DNA of 64,000 bases, from contig NIVC01001237.1 in NCBI GenBank assembly GCA_002269645.1, positions 124,001 to 188,000 of the forward strand, in the 5' to 3' direction. Position numbers and translations under genes: made by a program. This DNA comes from Macrostomum lignano (Eukaryota). Below are positions 35,501 to 48,311 of the stretch, one piece after another (the stretch's first letter is position 1; each line of letters begins with the position of its first letter). Below the pieces are notes generated by a model that saw only the letters and a program-made list of their open reading frames with translations, was not told the DNA's origin and ran no database searches.

Positions 35501-38500
35501 GTCAGTGACCATCACAGTGACTCTTCAGCGACCTAAGTCAGTGACTCTTCACTCTTCAGTTATCCAAGTCACTGACCATCACAGTGACTCTTCAGTGATC
35601 TAAGTCAGTGACCTAAGTCAGTGACCATTACAGTGACTCTTCACTCTTCAGTGACCTAAGTCAGTGACCATCACAGTGACTCTTCAGTGGCCTAATTGAC
35701 AATTCAGAGTGGCTCTTCACTCTGCTAAATAACTATAGGGTGCAATAGTGCGCAAATACGATTGTAAACCAATGTGCATAATTAAACTGCAGAGTTCCAA
35801 TAATTAATAATTGATGCATATTAAAAAGCGAAGCTTAGATCAGATTAAGATAAAGCAATAAAAATGTGTAATACTATGACATGTTGGATAAATGCGTTTA
35901 ATTATCTTACCAAATTTTCAACAGAAGAGAATAGCTTGCGCCTCTGCGGTAATCAATCAGCAAGCAAATTGGCACGACTTATTTTATGGGCCAGCATAAA
36001 TTAATCAAACCATTGTGAACGCTAATTTCAACACTGCTTAACACTCTGCCGCACTCAGTAGTATTTGTAGGAAAAACCACGAATCAAGCCAGAAATGTAT
36101 TGTTATATTACTGTTAGTAGAAATGATTGTCAATAGGAAAACATTTCAAGATAATAATAGACAAAAAATTCAATAAAATCCAAGGACTAAAAATCTGCCT
36201 GTCTCAATGAATGACTAAAAATTGTGAAATTCAATTTTTCTCCTCTCCTTACCAAAGAATAACGCCTGGACGAACTGCGAAGCAGTCTCACAGCCTTTGA
36301 TAGCTGGAGATTTCGTGTTGCAGAGATATTGTTTGTTGTTAAAAAAAAGAATCACAACTCTGTCAGTAAACATGCTAGTAGTGTTTGCTATATTATTAAT
36401 GGATAATCGAAGGATTTTAGTAGGAGGCTTCTGTGTGGCACTGTTTAGTTTCAGTATTGTAACATGCGATTGGCGCTATATAGGAGGTTTTCACCTTTTA
36501 TATAGAATAAACATTTACCGAGAATCCTAACTTTCTGAACAAAAAAGCTTTATGAATATCAATAGAGCTATAACAAAGGCACAACATATCAAAAGATAAA
36601 CACTGGGTCTGCCTCCTATCGAAAGCAGTAACAATATTTTGTGCTGAAAAAATGAAAACCTCCTATCTCCCTCCGTAGTGTATTTCTTCGGAAAAACCTG
36701 TCTCCTAAAATTCTAAAATGTCTAATCGTCAAACCGAGTAACATCTAACAAACACACGTTAATTAAGACAACACAAAAAGCAACATCTGAAAACCAAGGT
36801 GAAAAATTTACCTGCTCAATGCTGCTTCTTCTACTACCAGCGCCACCTACGCCGCCGCCCCCTCCAGACACGGCTGCAAATGCGGCAGCAGCGGCCGCTG
36901 TTGCCACGGAAACTGCAGCAGCGGCTGTGGACATTTCGACTGGATGTTCGGCGCCAATGTCTAAGGCGAATTTGTGCTGCGAGACGGCAAAGTTGAACAG
37001 ATTTCTGGCCATTGCTGGCGACTCTGTGTTCAGGGTGAGGGTGGCCGGCGCCTGACCGCTGCGGCAGGGAGTGAGCCAGCGACTCATGGACTGCCTGCGT
37101 GGCCAGAGGGTTTTGGGGGAGGGGGGGATTATTACACTGTTGGTTCATCGAATTCATGAATAATTGATATTGTTTAAATTATTCATCCGGTGAGGGACTG
37201 AGTTCAGAAGTTCATGACTTTATGAGTTATTAATTAGATGAGTGAGTGAGTGAGTGATGAGTGAGTGAGTGATGAGTGAGTAAGTGAGTGATGAGTGAGT
37301 AAGTGAGTGACGAGTGAGTGATGAGTGAGTGAGTGATGAGGGAGTGAGTGACGAGTGAGTGATGAGTGAGTGAGTGATGAGTGAGTATGAGTGAGTGAGT
37401 GATAAGTGAGTGAGTGAGTGATGAGTGAGTGAGTGATGAGTGAGTGAGTATGAGTGAGTGAGTGATGAGTGAGTGAGTGATGAGGGAGTGAGTGACGAGT
37501 GAGTGATGAGTGAGTGAGTGATGAGTGAGTATGAGTGAGTGAGTGATAAGTGAGTGAGTGATAAGTGAGTGAGTGAATGCGTGTGAATGAATGAGTGAGT
37601 GACGAGTGATTTATGAGTGAGCGAGTGAGTGAGTGAGTGAGTGATGAGTGAGTGATGAGTGAGTGAGTGATGAGTGAGTGAGTGATGAGTGAGTGATGAG
37701 TGAGTGAGTGATGAGTGAGTGAGTGATGAGTGAGTATGAGTGAGTGAGTGAGTGATGAGTGTGTGTGAGTGAGTGAGTGATAAGTGAGTGAGTGAATGCG
37801 TGTGAATGAATGAGTGTGTGAATAAGGGAGTGAATGAACGAGTGAATGAGTGAGTGAATGAATGAGTGAGTCAGTGAGTGAATGAGTAAGTGAGTGAATG
37901 AGTAAGTGAGTGAATGAATGCGCAAGTGATAAAATGCGTTTACCAGATGAGTGGTACGCTAAAGTAACTAATAAGACGATCCCTTGGTATTTATAAATTC
38001 GATAAAGTTACAAGTACAAACTAGATCAGTTCAAAACCGTATTAATGACAGAATTCATGCAAATGAAGCAAGAAAAATATTCGAGAATATTTATACACAC
38101 GTGTGAATTAACCTCAAGTGTAAAAGAAAGTGAACTTGCCGCTAAGAGAATTTATAAATAACACCTAAGCTAAGCCAGGCTTTAATAACCTTCTGTTGCT
38201 ATTTTTAGAAATACCACAGTCAGCACACAGGGAAGGAGGGTGGCTAAGCCTGCCTCCCTTCCTACCGGTAGACCCAACCGCAACTGTTCTCACGGCCCTA
38301 GAAAACTTCCATATACATTTGACCTAGTGGGTAAACACCGAAGTTTCAATTCCATTTTTTTATAACTTGTTATAATTTCAACCTAGCTAAAAAGCAAACT
38401 CATTATTAAAGCAGATTCAAGACTTTGTGCGTATTAATGTGAAGCAATCGATAAGTAAGCGTGAGAACTGTTTACTGATACAGTTCAGCCATCTGCTGGC

Positions 38501-38843
38501 TGCTGTTGCATAGTAGGGGCACTGGCTGCAGGGCCACTGTGATGTACAGGCGGACTGACACAGACAAACAGACTCACAGATAGACAGACAGACAGGCAGG
38601 CAGACAGACACAAGGGCAGACAAACAGACACTAAGACAGACAGACAGACAGACAGACAGACTGACAGACTGAAAGACAGACAGACAGACTGAAAGACAGA
38701 CAGACAGACACACAGACAGACATACAGACAGACAGACAGACGGACAGTCAGACAGACAGACTGACAGACAGACAGACAGACTGAAAGACAGACAGACAGA
38801 CACACAGACAGACAGACACACAGACAGACACACAGACAGACAT

Positions 38844-38938
<95 letters not shown>

Positions 38939-38967
38939 CACAGACACACACAGACATACAGACTGAA

Positions 38968-39036
<69 letters not shown>

Positions 39037-42000
39037 TACAGACAAAGACAGACAGAGCGCACCCACCTCCGCGGGTCGCAGTGCACATCGAAGCACACCC
39101 GCCGGTCCCTATGAAAGACATTTTCCAGAGCGGGCCAGTCCAGAGTCTGCCTTGGATTCTGCCTGTCGCCGTGGTCGAACAGAGCCAGGCCGCGGAGTCC
39201 GACGCCAAGCCACCAGGGCAGACCGGCTGAGTCTTGCACCGCGAACAGAGTCTGGCCGTAGTTTGACTGCTCGCTCGCCAAGCGCAAATAAGAGTACAGG
39301 GCGTCCGTTCTAGACATACCCGAGAAGACTTTATAGTAGGCGACCGTCTGCTTCTCGCTGCAGAGTGAATAGGTGGGATTAGACTTGGATTAATACAGCT
39401 TGTTAATCAAAGAAGTGGCTAAGTGGCTTTAGAAAATTTTATAAGCTTCTTGTAAATCTTTATAGATCCCTATTGGGTTCTTAGAAATATTATTAGTTTA
39501 TCAATGCATTGTGGCTTCTTAGAAATCCTATTAGATAATTGGGAAGTGCAGTTTTTTATCTCAATAGGTTTCGGTGCAGCATGGTTTCTTTGAAATACCG
39601 ATTAGAGTTCGGTTTCTTAAAAATACCAAGGATTTGGTTTCTTAGAAATACACTCGACCAACAGAGCGCGGTTTCTTAGAAATCCAAATAGGTTTCGGGG
39701 CATTGTGGTTTCTTAGAAATAAAAAATATCGAGTATGGCGTCTTAAAAATCTTAATTGATTCTCGGGGCAGTGTGGTTTCTTAGAAATCCCAATAGTGTG
39801 TTTTCTTAGAAATCCCAATATTGTGTTTTCTTAGAAATCCCAATATTGTGGTTTCTTAGAAATCCCAATAGTGAGGTTTCTTAGAAATGCCAGTAGTGTA
39901 GTTTCTTAGAAATCCCTATAGTGTGATTTCTTAGAAATCCCAATAGTGTGTTTCGTACAAATCCCAATAGTGTAGTTTCTTAGAAATCACAATAGACTAT
40001 CAGGGCAGTTTGGTTTCTTAGAAATACTAATAGATTATCGGGACAGTGTGGTTACTCAGAACTCCCAATAGATAAACGGGGCAGTGATTTCTTAGAAAAC
40101 ACAATAGATAATCTGGGAAGTGTCCTAGAAAAAAAGAGGCTTAGACATTTTTATTCTAATAAAAACAAACGAAAAGCATCGAATCAGTTTAAACAAACTC
40201 ACCAATACTCCAACGAAGGATGCCTCATCAGCAGACTCAAAGGGAACACGGGAAGCTGTTTGAGTTCCCTCATAGCGGTCTCTTCGCTGTAAACATAGAA
40301 TTTGCAACATTTGTTTAGCAAACGATTATAAGCATTGAATTACACAGGGAGAAGCCCTTTAATAACTATAAATATAAATACATGCAGATATGATCATAAA
40401 ACATAATAGGCTTCACATTCCCTATGCAAATTATTTAACAATCGATGACTGTAAAGAGATGTCCAATGAATATTATTATTGTACGAATAATAATGAAATA
40501 AGGAGGGCTAGATGAATACTAGCAATAATTAATGAATATGACTTAATTGGATTTTTTAGCCAAGCCATGGAGCAGGAGCATGCAATGCAAGGCTTCATAT
40601 TATATGCATTTTCTATTATTGTAAATCGTTGATGAATCAATACAGAAGTTGTTGGCCTGCATCAATAATAATATGTACTCAGGAATAGTGCTGTTATTGT
40701 AATCCTCTTCAGGTTACAATAGTTTGTTTCAAAATCTACGGCCACAGGTACTCTCTGTTAGACCTTAGCTTCAGTAGGCCACAGATACCCCCTCAGTTAG
40801 ACCTTAGCTTCAGTAGGCCACAGATACCCCCTCAGTTAGACCTTAGCTTCAGTAGGCCACAGATACCCCCTCAGTTAGACCTTAGCTTCAGTAGGCCACA
40901 GATACCCCCTCAGTTAGACCTGCAGTAGGCCACAGATACCCACTCAGTTAGACCTGCAGTAGGCCACAGATATCCAATCAGTTAGACCTGCAGTAGGCCA
41001 CAGATATCCAATCAGTTAGACCTGCAGTAGGCCACAGATATCCAATCAGTTAGACCTGCAGTAGGCCACAGATATCCAATCAGTTAGACCTGCAGTAGGC
41101 CACAGATATCCAATCAGTTAGACCTGCAGTAGGCCACAGATACCCCCTCAGTTAGACCTGCAGTAGGCCACAGATATCCACTCAGTTAGACCTGCAGTAG
41201 GCCACAGATACCCACTCAGTTAGACCTGCAGTAGGCCACAGATACCCACTCAGTTAGACCTGCAGTAGGCCACAGATATCCACTCAGTTAGACCTCCAGT
41301 AGGCCACAGATACCCACTCAGTTAGACCTGCAGTAGGCCACAGATACCCCCTCAGTTAGACCTTCAGTAGGCCACAGATACCCCCTCAGTTAGACCTGCA
41401 GTAGGCCACAGATATCCACTCAGTTAGACCTGCAGTAGGCCACAGATACCCACTCAGTTAGACCTGCAGTAGGCCACAGATATCCACTCAGTTAGACCTG
41501 CAGTAGGCCACAGATATCCACTCAGTTAGACCTGCAGTAGGCCACAGATATCCAATCAGTTAGACCTGCAGTAGGCCACAGATATCCAATCAGTTAGACC
41601 TGCAGTAGGCCACAGATACCCACTCAGTTAGACCTGCAGTAGGCCACAGATACCCACTCAGTTAGACCTGCAGTAGGCCACAGATACCCCCTCAGTTAGA
41701 CCTGCAGTAGGCCACAGATACCCACTCAGTTAGACCTGCAGTAGGCCACAGATATCCAATCAGTTAGACCTGCAGTAGGCCACAGATACCCCCTCAGTTA
41801 GACCTGCAGTAGGCCACAGATACCCACTCAGTTAGACCTCAGTGGGCAGCCAATACCTCCGCATCGAGTCCGTCATTTATTCCAGTATATTTTTAATTTT
41901 ATTTAACGCAGTATATTCTTTAATGCGCATTTTTAGTATTGTAGCAAAACGTTTTCTCCAGACTTACCAGTTTGCGTTGTTAAATTTTAGCTATAATATT

Positions 42001-45000
42001 GCGCACAAAAAATAAACGAAAAATGAAGTGAAAGCTTTTAATTGGCTAAGCTGGGCGAGTGTAAATAATTGTTTGGAATAAAAAACTTCTCATCTCTTCT
42101 AGACACAATCTAAAATCTCTGAATCCTGCTTCCTGAATCGTTAAGTCTCAATCGATAATCATAAAAGTCCTGATCGATAATTATAAAGTGTCGATCGAGC
42201 ATCAATTAAGTCCCTGATCGATAATTATAAAGAAACGATCGATAATTATAAAAGTCCCGATCGATAATTATAAAGAAACGATCGATAATTATAAAAGTCC
42301 CGATCGACAATTATAAAGAAACGATCGATAATTATAAAAGTCCCGATCGATAATTATAAAGTATCGATCGATAATTATAAAAGTCCCGATCGATAATTAT
42401 AAAGAAACGATCGATAATTATAAAAGTCCCTGATCGATAATTATAAAGAAACGATCGATAATTATAAAAGTCCCGATCGAAAATTATAAAGAAACGATCG
42501 ATAATTATAAAAGTCCCGATCGACAATTATAAAGAAACGATCGATAATTATAAAAGTCCCGATCGATAATTATAAAGAAACGATCGATAATTATAAAAGT
42601 CCCTGATCGATAATTATAAAGAAACGATCGATAATTATAAAAGTCCCGATCGAAAATTATAAAGAAACGATCGATAATTATAAAAGTCCCGATCGACAAT
42701 TATAAAGAAACGATCGATAATTATAAAAGTCCCTGATCGATAATTTTAAAGAAACGATCGATAATCATAAAAGTCCCTAACGATTATCACAATAAAAGCA
42801 CAATATCAAAGATCAGAGCGCACAAATAAAAAATTCTTACCTGTCAAAATCGCCCAGCTCGATCTGCAGAGCCAGCGCTGCCAGATTAAACAGATCCAGA
42901 TCGCATCCGCAGTGCAGTCTGCCCCGCAGTAACAGCTCCCGGCACTGCAGGTAGAACAATTGCAAAGCCGACCGGTTCTCGATTCTGGAGTAGCTCAATG
43001 GATAGAATTTAACGCGAAACATAAGCTGAGGCTGGCTTTGCTGACGGCACAACTCGTGGTCGAGTACTCGAGCTCCGCCTGGCAACCAAAATTCCGTCCC
43101 CAAATCAACTAGCGATGAGTTTATAACACCGTTAGTTGTTGTGGCTGCCGCCGCTGAGAAGCCAGAGCCAGTTTGGTTGCCATAGTAACAGCAGAAACCA
43201 AAGTAGCAACGGTCAGCGCCAAGATCGTAATGTGAGGCGACTAAATCCAGCAGCTCGCTGACGAGTAGACGGGGCTGGGCAATTGATTGACGAATTGGTC
43301 ATGTTTATTATAATTCACAGAATGTACATCTATTAGTTGGGACTCCTCCAGGGACTCTGGGACTTGAGAACTGGGACTCCACAGAGAGTCTGAAGGGACT
43401 CCTGACTTGAGAACTGGGACTCCACAGAGAGTCTGAAGGGACTCTTGACCTGAGAACTGGGACTCCACAGAGAGTCTGAAGGGACTCTTGACCTGAGAAC
43501 TGGGACTCCACAGAGAGTCTGAAGGGACTCCTGACTTGAGAACTGGGACTCCACAGAGAGTCTGAAGGGACACCTGACTTGAGAACTGGGACTCCACAGA
43601 GAGTCTGAAGGGACTCTTGACTTGAGAACTGGGACTCCACAGAGAGTCTGAAGGGACTCTTGACTTGAGAACTGGGACTCCACAGAGATTCTGAAGGGAC
43701 TCCTGACCTGAGAACTGGGACTCCACAGAGAGTCTGAAGGGACTCCTGACTTGAGAACTGGGACTCCACAGAGAGTCTGAAGGGACACCTGACTTGAGAA
43801 CTGGGACTCCACAGAGAGTCTGAAGGGACTCTTGACCTGAGAACTGGGACTCCACAGAGAGTCTGAAGGGACTCCTGACTTGAGAACTGGGACTCCACAG
43901 AGAGTCTGAAGGGACACCTGACTTGAGAACTGGGACTCCACAGAGAGTCTGAAGGGACTCTTGACTTGAGAACTGGGACTCCACAGAGAGTCTGAAGGGA
44001 CTCTTGACTTGAGAACTGGGACTCCACAGAGAGTCTGAAGGGACACCTGACTTGAGAACTGGGACTCCACAAAGATTCTGAAGGGACTCCTGACCTGAGA
44101 ACTGGGACTCCACAGAGAGTCTGAAGGGACTCCTGACTTGAGAACTGGGACTCCACAGAGAGTCTGAAGGGACTCTTGACCTGAGAACTGGGACTCCACA
44201 GAGAGTCTGAAGGGACTCCTGACTTGAGAACTGGGACTCCACAGAGAGTCTGAAGGGACACCTGACTTGAGAACTGGGACTCCACAGAGAGTCTGAAGGG
44301 ACTCTTGACTTGAGAACTGGGACTCCACAGAGAGTCTGAAGGGACTCTTGACTTGAGAACTGGGACTCCACAGAGAGTCTGAAGGGACTCTTGACTTGAG
44401 AACTGGGACTCCACAGAGAGTCTGAAGGGACACCTGACTTGAGAACTGGGACTCCACAGAGAGTCTGAAGGGACTCTTGACTTGAGAACTGGGACTCCAC
44501 AGAGAGTCTGAAGGGACTCTTGACTTGAGAACTGGGACTCCACAGAGAGTCTGAAGGGACACCTGACTTGATAACTGGGACTCCACAGAGAGTCTGAAGG
44601 GACTCCTGACTTGAGAACTGGGACTCCACAGAGAGTCTGAAGGGACTCCTGACTTGAGAACTGGGACTCCACAGAGATTCTGAAGGGACTCCTGACCTGA
44701 GAACTGGGACTCCACAGAGAGTCTGAAGGGACTCCTGACTTGAGAACTGGGACTCCACAGAGAGTCTGAAGGGACACCTGACTTGAGAACTGGGACTCCA
44801 CAGAGAGTCTGAAGGGACTCTTGACCTGAGAACTGGGACTCCACAGAGAGTCTGAAGGGACTCTTGACCTGAGAACTGGGACTCCACAGAGAGTCTGAAG
44901 GGACTCCTGACTTGAGAACTGGGACTCCACAGAGAGTCTGAAGGGACTCCTGACCTGAGAACTGGGACTCCACAGAGAGTCTGAAGGGACTCCTGACTTG

Positions 45001-45466
45001 AGAACTGGGACTCCACAGAGAGTCTGAAGGGACTCCTGACTTGAGAACTGGGACTCCACAGAGAATCTGAAGGGACACCTGACTTGAGAACTGGGACTCC
45101 ACAGAGAGTCTGAAGGGACACCTGACTTGAGAACTGGGACTCCACAGAGAGTCTGAAGGGACTCTTGACCTGAGAACTGGGACTCCACAGAGAGTCTGAA
45201 GGGACTCCTGACTTGAGAACTGGGACTCCACAGAGAGTCTGAAGGGACTCCTGACTTGAGAACTGGGACTCCATAGGCTCTGGGATATAAGAGAAATAGA
45301 ATTACAGAACTTATATTTCAAGAAAGCAATCTTTGCAGACAAATACAAATAAGTCAAATAAGTCAAATAATTTGTCAAGCCCACTTACCCGCACAAAAAT
45401 TGACATTGTATTGCCATCCAATAGGTGAATAGAAAAATTCTTTCCTTCTTGATGACTAAGAATCAT
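26600..45466 (-). CDS. FRMD4: FRMD4A/B-like FERM and coiled-coil (CUPID-like) scaffold protein, 12 coding exons, about 1117 aa
   Basis: Exons 45466-45389 (start uncertain), 43274-42841, 40286-40203, 39357-39067, 37094-36812, 34199-33941, 32769-32261, 31455-31237, 30765-30622, 30545-30330, 29077-28983, 27341-26600. All GT-AG with consistent phase, total 3354 nt. Matches to FRMD4: EGKNFSIHLLDG, PRLLVSELLDLVASHYDL, ELKQLPVFP...HPSLEYC, PWWLGV, LENVFHRD, AVSQHKFALD, LEELQQEIAVQ...KQLRKQR..YQQALDK. Confidence 0.88.
27405..28935. repeat. 19-bp-based minisatellite with higher-order structure (FRMD4 last intron)
   Basis: TCTCAGGTAGATAATTGAT alternating with TCTCAGGTAGATAAGCGGGTAGAT variants. Confidence 0.95.
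29645..30125. repeat. 33-bp minisatellite, about 14 copies
   Basis: Unit AAGCCATAGACAATTGCAATCATTTTCCACTTC. Confidence 0.92.
30790..31200. repeat. 30-bp minisatellite, about 13 copies
   Basis: Unit GGTTGCTAAGGGGATGATTCTTAGGTGGCC. Confidence 0.92.
31520..32240. repeat. CAGACAGGCAGACACTACAG-type array
   Basis: Directly visible; fills the FRMD4 intron 32260-31456. Confidence 0.93.
33040..33925. repeat. Composite GA-rich arrays (GGAGAAGGG, GGCAGA, AGGGCCAGAGGGGGC)
   Basis: Three adjacent purine-rich sub-arrays in one FRMD4 intron. Confidence 0.92.
34270..35720. repeat. 31-bp minisatellite
   Basis: Unit AGTGACCTAAGTCAGTGACTCTTCACTCTTC; degenerate at both edges. Confidence 0.95.
37235..37920. 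repeat. (GAGT)n / GAGTGAT microsatellite
   Basis: Directly visible. Confidence 0.95.
38555..39050. repeat. (CAGA)n microsatellite
   Basis: Directly visible; begins about 10 nt from a donor site. Confidence 0.95.
39470..40120. repeat. 25-bp minisatellite with TTCTTAGAA core
   Basis: Unit TAGTGTGGTTTCTTAGAAATCCCAA; degenerate edges. Confidence 0.9.
40740..41840. repeat. 34-bp minisatellite (39-bp variant in the first copies), about 30 copies
   Basis: Unit GGCCACAGATACCCACTCAGTTAGACCTGCAGTA. Confidence 0.95.
42150..42785. repeat. 43-bp (21+22) CGATCG-containing minisatellite
   Basis: Unit GATCGATAATTATAAAGAAACGATCGATAATTATAAAAGTCCC. Confidence 0.93.
43340..45272. repeat. 43-bp minisatellite, about 45 copies (FRMD4 first coding intron)
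   Basis: Unit GAGAACTGGGACTCCACAGAGAGTCTGAAGGGACTCTTGACTT. Confidence 0.97.
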
Positions 45467-48311
45467 TTTTCCATTTAAGGTAGAAACAAAGATAGTGTAA
45501 ATCAATTCAATGAGCTTTGGTCTATTAATTTTTATATGGAAGCTCTAAAAGTTCACACCAGTTGTTTATGGGCATATGCATAACATAGTTGCCCATAAAT
45601 AATTTTGAATGCAAATTAAATAGAAACTTCTTAGCATGCCCAATGCATTATTGTCTATCATAAATTGTAAATAAATAAATAAATAAACATTTTACCACAT
45701 TTGTTTATCATAATATATGTATATAATATTATAGCTAGGTTTTGTTTTAATTATTGAATTTAAGGAAAAACAATTCAATAAATTTAGAATAAGTTTAGGT
45801 ATTTTGAAACTAGAGCCTACACCTATGATCTAGACTTTTTAACAAAAAAGAGATCTATATTGCACATAGCATAGACTAACTAATAAACTAAATTTCTTTT
45901 AATAAAATGGATATAAATATAAAATATGCTATAGCATTTAAAAAATAACTTGAAAAAAATAATGCTAAAATATTTATACTTTTATATAAAAGGCTTAATT
46001 ATCAATATCATTAACAAAGAAAGAAAGGACTTTTTAGTTTTTATGACATATTTTTGCTTTTTGTCTGGCATATTTGAATATTTTAGGTTGCAATAAAGAT
46101 TATAAATGCACATGTACAATTGACTGCTAGCCTATTTAATCTTGCATATATAAATTAAGATAGACTAAAGGCAAGTTGCAAAATTGACAAGTTTTTTAAA
46201 TCAATTTTGCTTTATTTCTAAGTAACTTACAAAGTTGCAAAGTAGGTATAACTTTATAGGTTTTATATGCATGATCATAAAATTGAATTATGTTTCTTGA
46301 TAATATACTTATTATAGAGTTTTTACTATATTCAATGTTATATTGTTTGAAGCTCACTTTTTGCTAAACCTATTTACTATTTACCAAATCAAAACAATAA
46401 TGTATAATGTAATCCTTATTTCATACCTACCTAATAAAGGTTTTAATACAAATTTAGATGCAAAAGTTTAAAAAAACATTGCTATATTTTACTAAAGTAT
46501 CTACATTGGACATGTTTTTTATCTACCATTACATAGGGCCCATATTTAATTGATTTAATTTGATAACAAGTTTATTTTAGGCTAGAATATGCAAAATAAT
46601 ATATATATAAAATACTCAATCAAGCTAGTTAACTGGACCAACTAGTAAAGGGCCTAGCCAAAGTAAGTTACAAAAAAACTCACTTAAAAATGTAGAGATA
46701 AAACTAATTAGATGATAAAACATTTAGCCTTTGTAATATAGCTATAGTTACTCTTGCCATTTACTCATAATTATATTACATTCATTTTTGCATAAGTTTT
46801 TCATATATAAGTTGCATTTTTGGTTAAAAAGTAAGTCACACAACTGGTATAAATCAAGGGGTTATGCATTCATTTATAATAAATATATTAAATAATGCTA
46901 AACAATATATAAAACTTGATTATTATAAATAGATATATTGCAAAGCTAACTTAAGAAAAATATTAGTATAACTAAACTATGTGCAAGTCTTTATAAAATG
47001 GCACAAAAGGCAATGTATATTCTTAATTTATATTCATAGATTAGCTTGCCTAAGAGTCAAGATAGTTCAATCAATTTTTTGTACATATCTTAGCTTTTAA
47101 ATGAAATGAAGATATATTCATTTGAATTAAAACATTTTTCTTAAAATTAGCTCATATAAATTTAAATACTAATAATAAGTCAAGAATATATTTAGGACAT
47201 TAATTTAATTTACTTTACTAATACAAATATCAAAACTATTTTGTTTTCATTTTTAAAACTTAGCTTAAGTTTATACATTAGTTTAAGATCATTAATAATA
47301 AATAAAAATTTGATCTATTAAATATCAAAGCCAAAAGCCATTTTAACAATTAGAACTATTAAGTACATGTACAAGTAGGGCCTAGCGCCATAGGTGTGGG
47401 TTAGTGGGTACTATATTATAATAATACTTACTAAGCTGTAGGCATTAATGAATGCTAAAGCATTTGAATTTGACTATCCTAACATATTGTTATTAGACTC
47501 TAAAAGGGTGATATTTTTGTTGTTTTTATTATTGTTCTATCACTCTATTATTGTAAAAGAGTGATAAAAGAGTGGTATCGTTTTGTTTCCTTTCCTTGTC
47601 CTTTTTAACTTAGACAAGCTTGAAGAAGTCTGAATTAGCCTTAATTAGCAATAAGCAATTATAAGTCATTGACCTAATACATTAAAACTATCAAATTTAG
47701 AAACCCTGACTTTGTCTGCATTTATCTAAGAGGACAAAAACTATATGGTTTCGTTTTCTGATTATAATCTTGACCTTGACATGGAATTTTGATTGAACTT
47801 AATCGAACCGTTTTTCTGTGAAAGTAGACAGTTTAAATTATTTCTGTAGCAAAATGTGTCATTATATTGATAAAAACAAAACAACGCTTTACGTCCAGAA
47901 GATAAAGCAAGTGTCTAAATATCTAAATTAATTAAATAATTTAAGTTTAAAACATTTTGTGATAATATAAGTTATTTTTGTCAAGCTTAGGAGCAGTGAA
48001 TATTTTTAACTTCAATTTAGTGCAAGTAAATATTGCAATTGCATGACAACGCTTTTGTAACCTTAAATTATTTGCGAATTCTTGCTGCGTCAGCTTCTCT
48101 GGGTTTTCCAACGCAGTGTTTCCTAATTGTCAATATTAGTTTCGGCTGTTTATCTGGCATATCTTTAGAAATTTTGTGTTGTCATGGATGCACTAATGGA
48201 TTTCGCGTTGGTAGATGTTACGTCGGAAACAACCGGCGAAACGCGCCTCTCGCCCCTAACAGCCAGCAGAATCAATCGACTGCAACTGCACCATTGAATA
48301 ATCAGGACGAA

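Noticed and set aside
27405-45272. CRISPR-like interpretation of the 19-46-bp repeats
   Set aside because: Units are head-to-tail with no unique spacers, there are no cas genes, and the context is eukaryotic introns. The CAG|GTAGAT splice-like unit at 27405-28935 is antisense to the host gene.
43241-45384. Three overlapping minus-strand ORFs of 626-683 aa
   Set aside because: Artefact of a 43-bp unit with no minus-strand stop; a non-3n period opens all three frames. It lies inside a GT-AG intron, and read-through from the upstream exon hits TAA before the array.
48033-48311. N-terminal extension of the NBR1 ORF from the TTG at 48033
   Set aside because: Non-ATG start in AT-rich, intron/UTR-like sequence; the first in-frame ATG is at 48312, and the true start needs cDNA.
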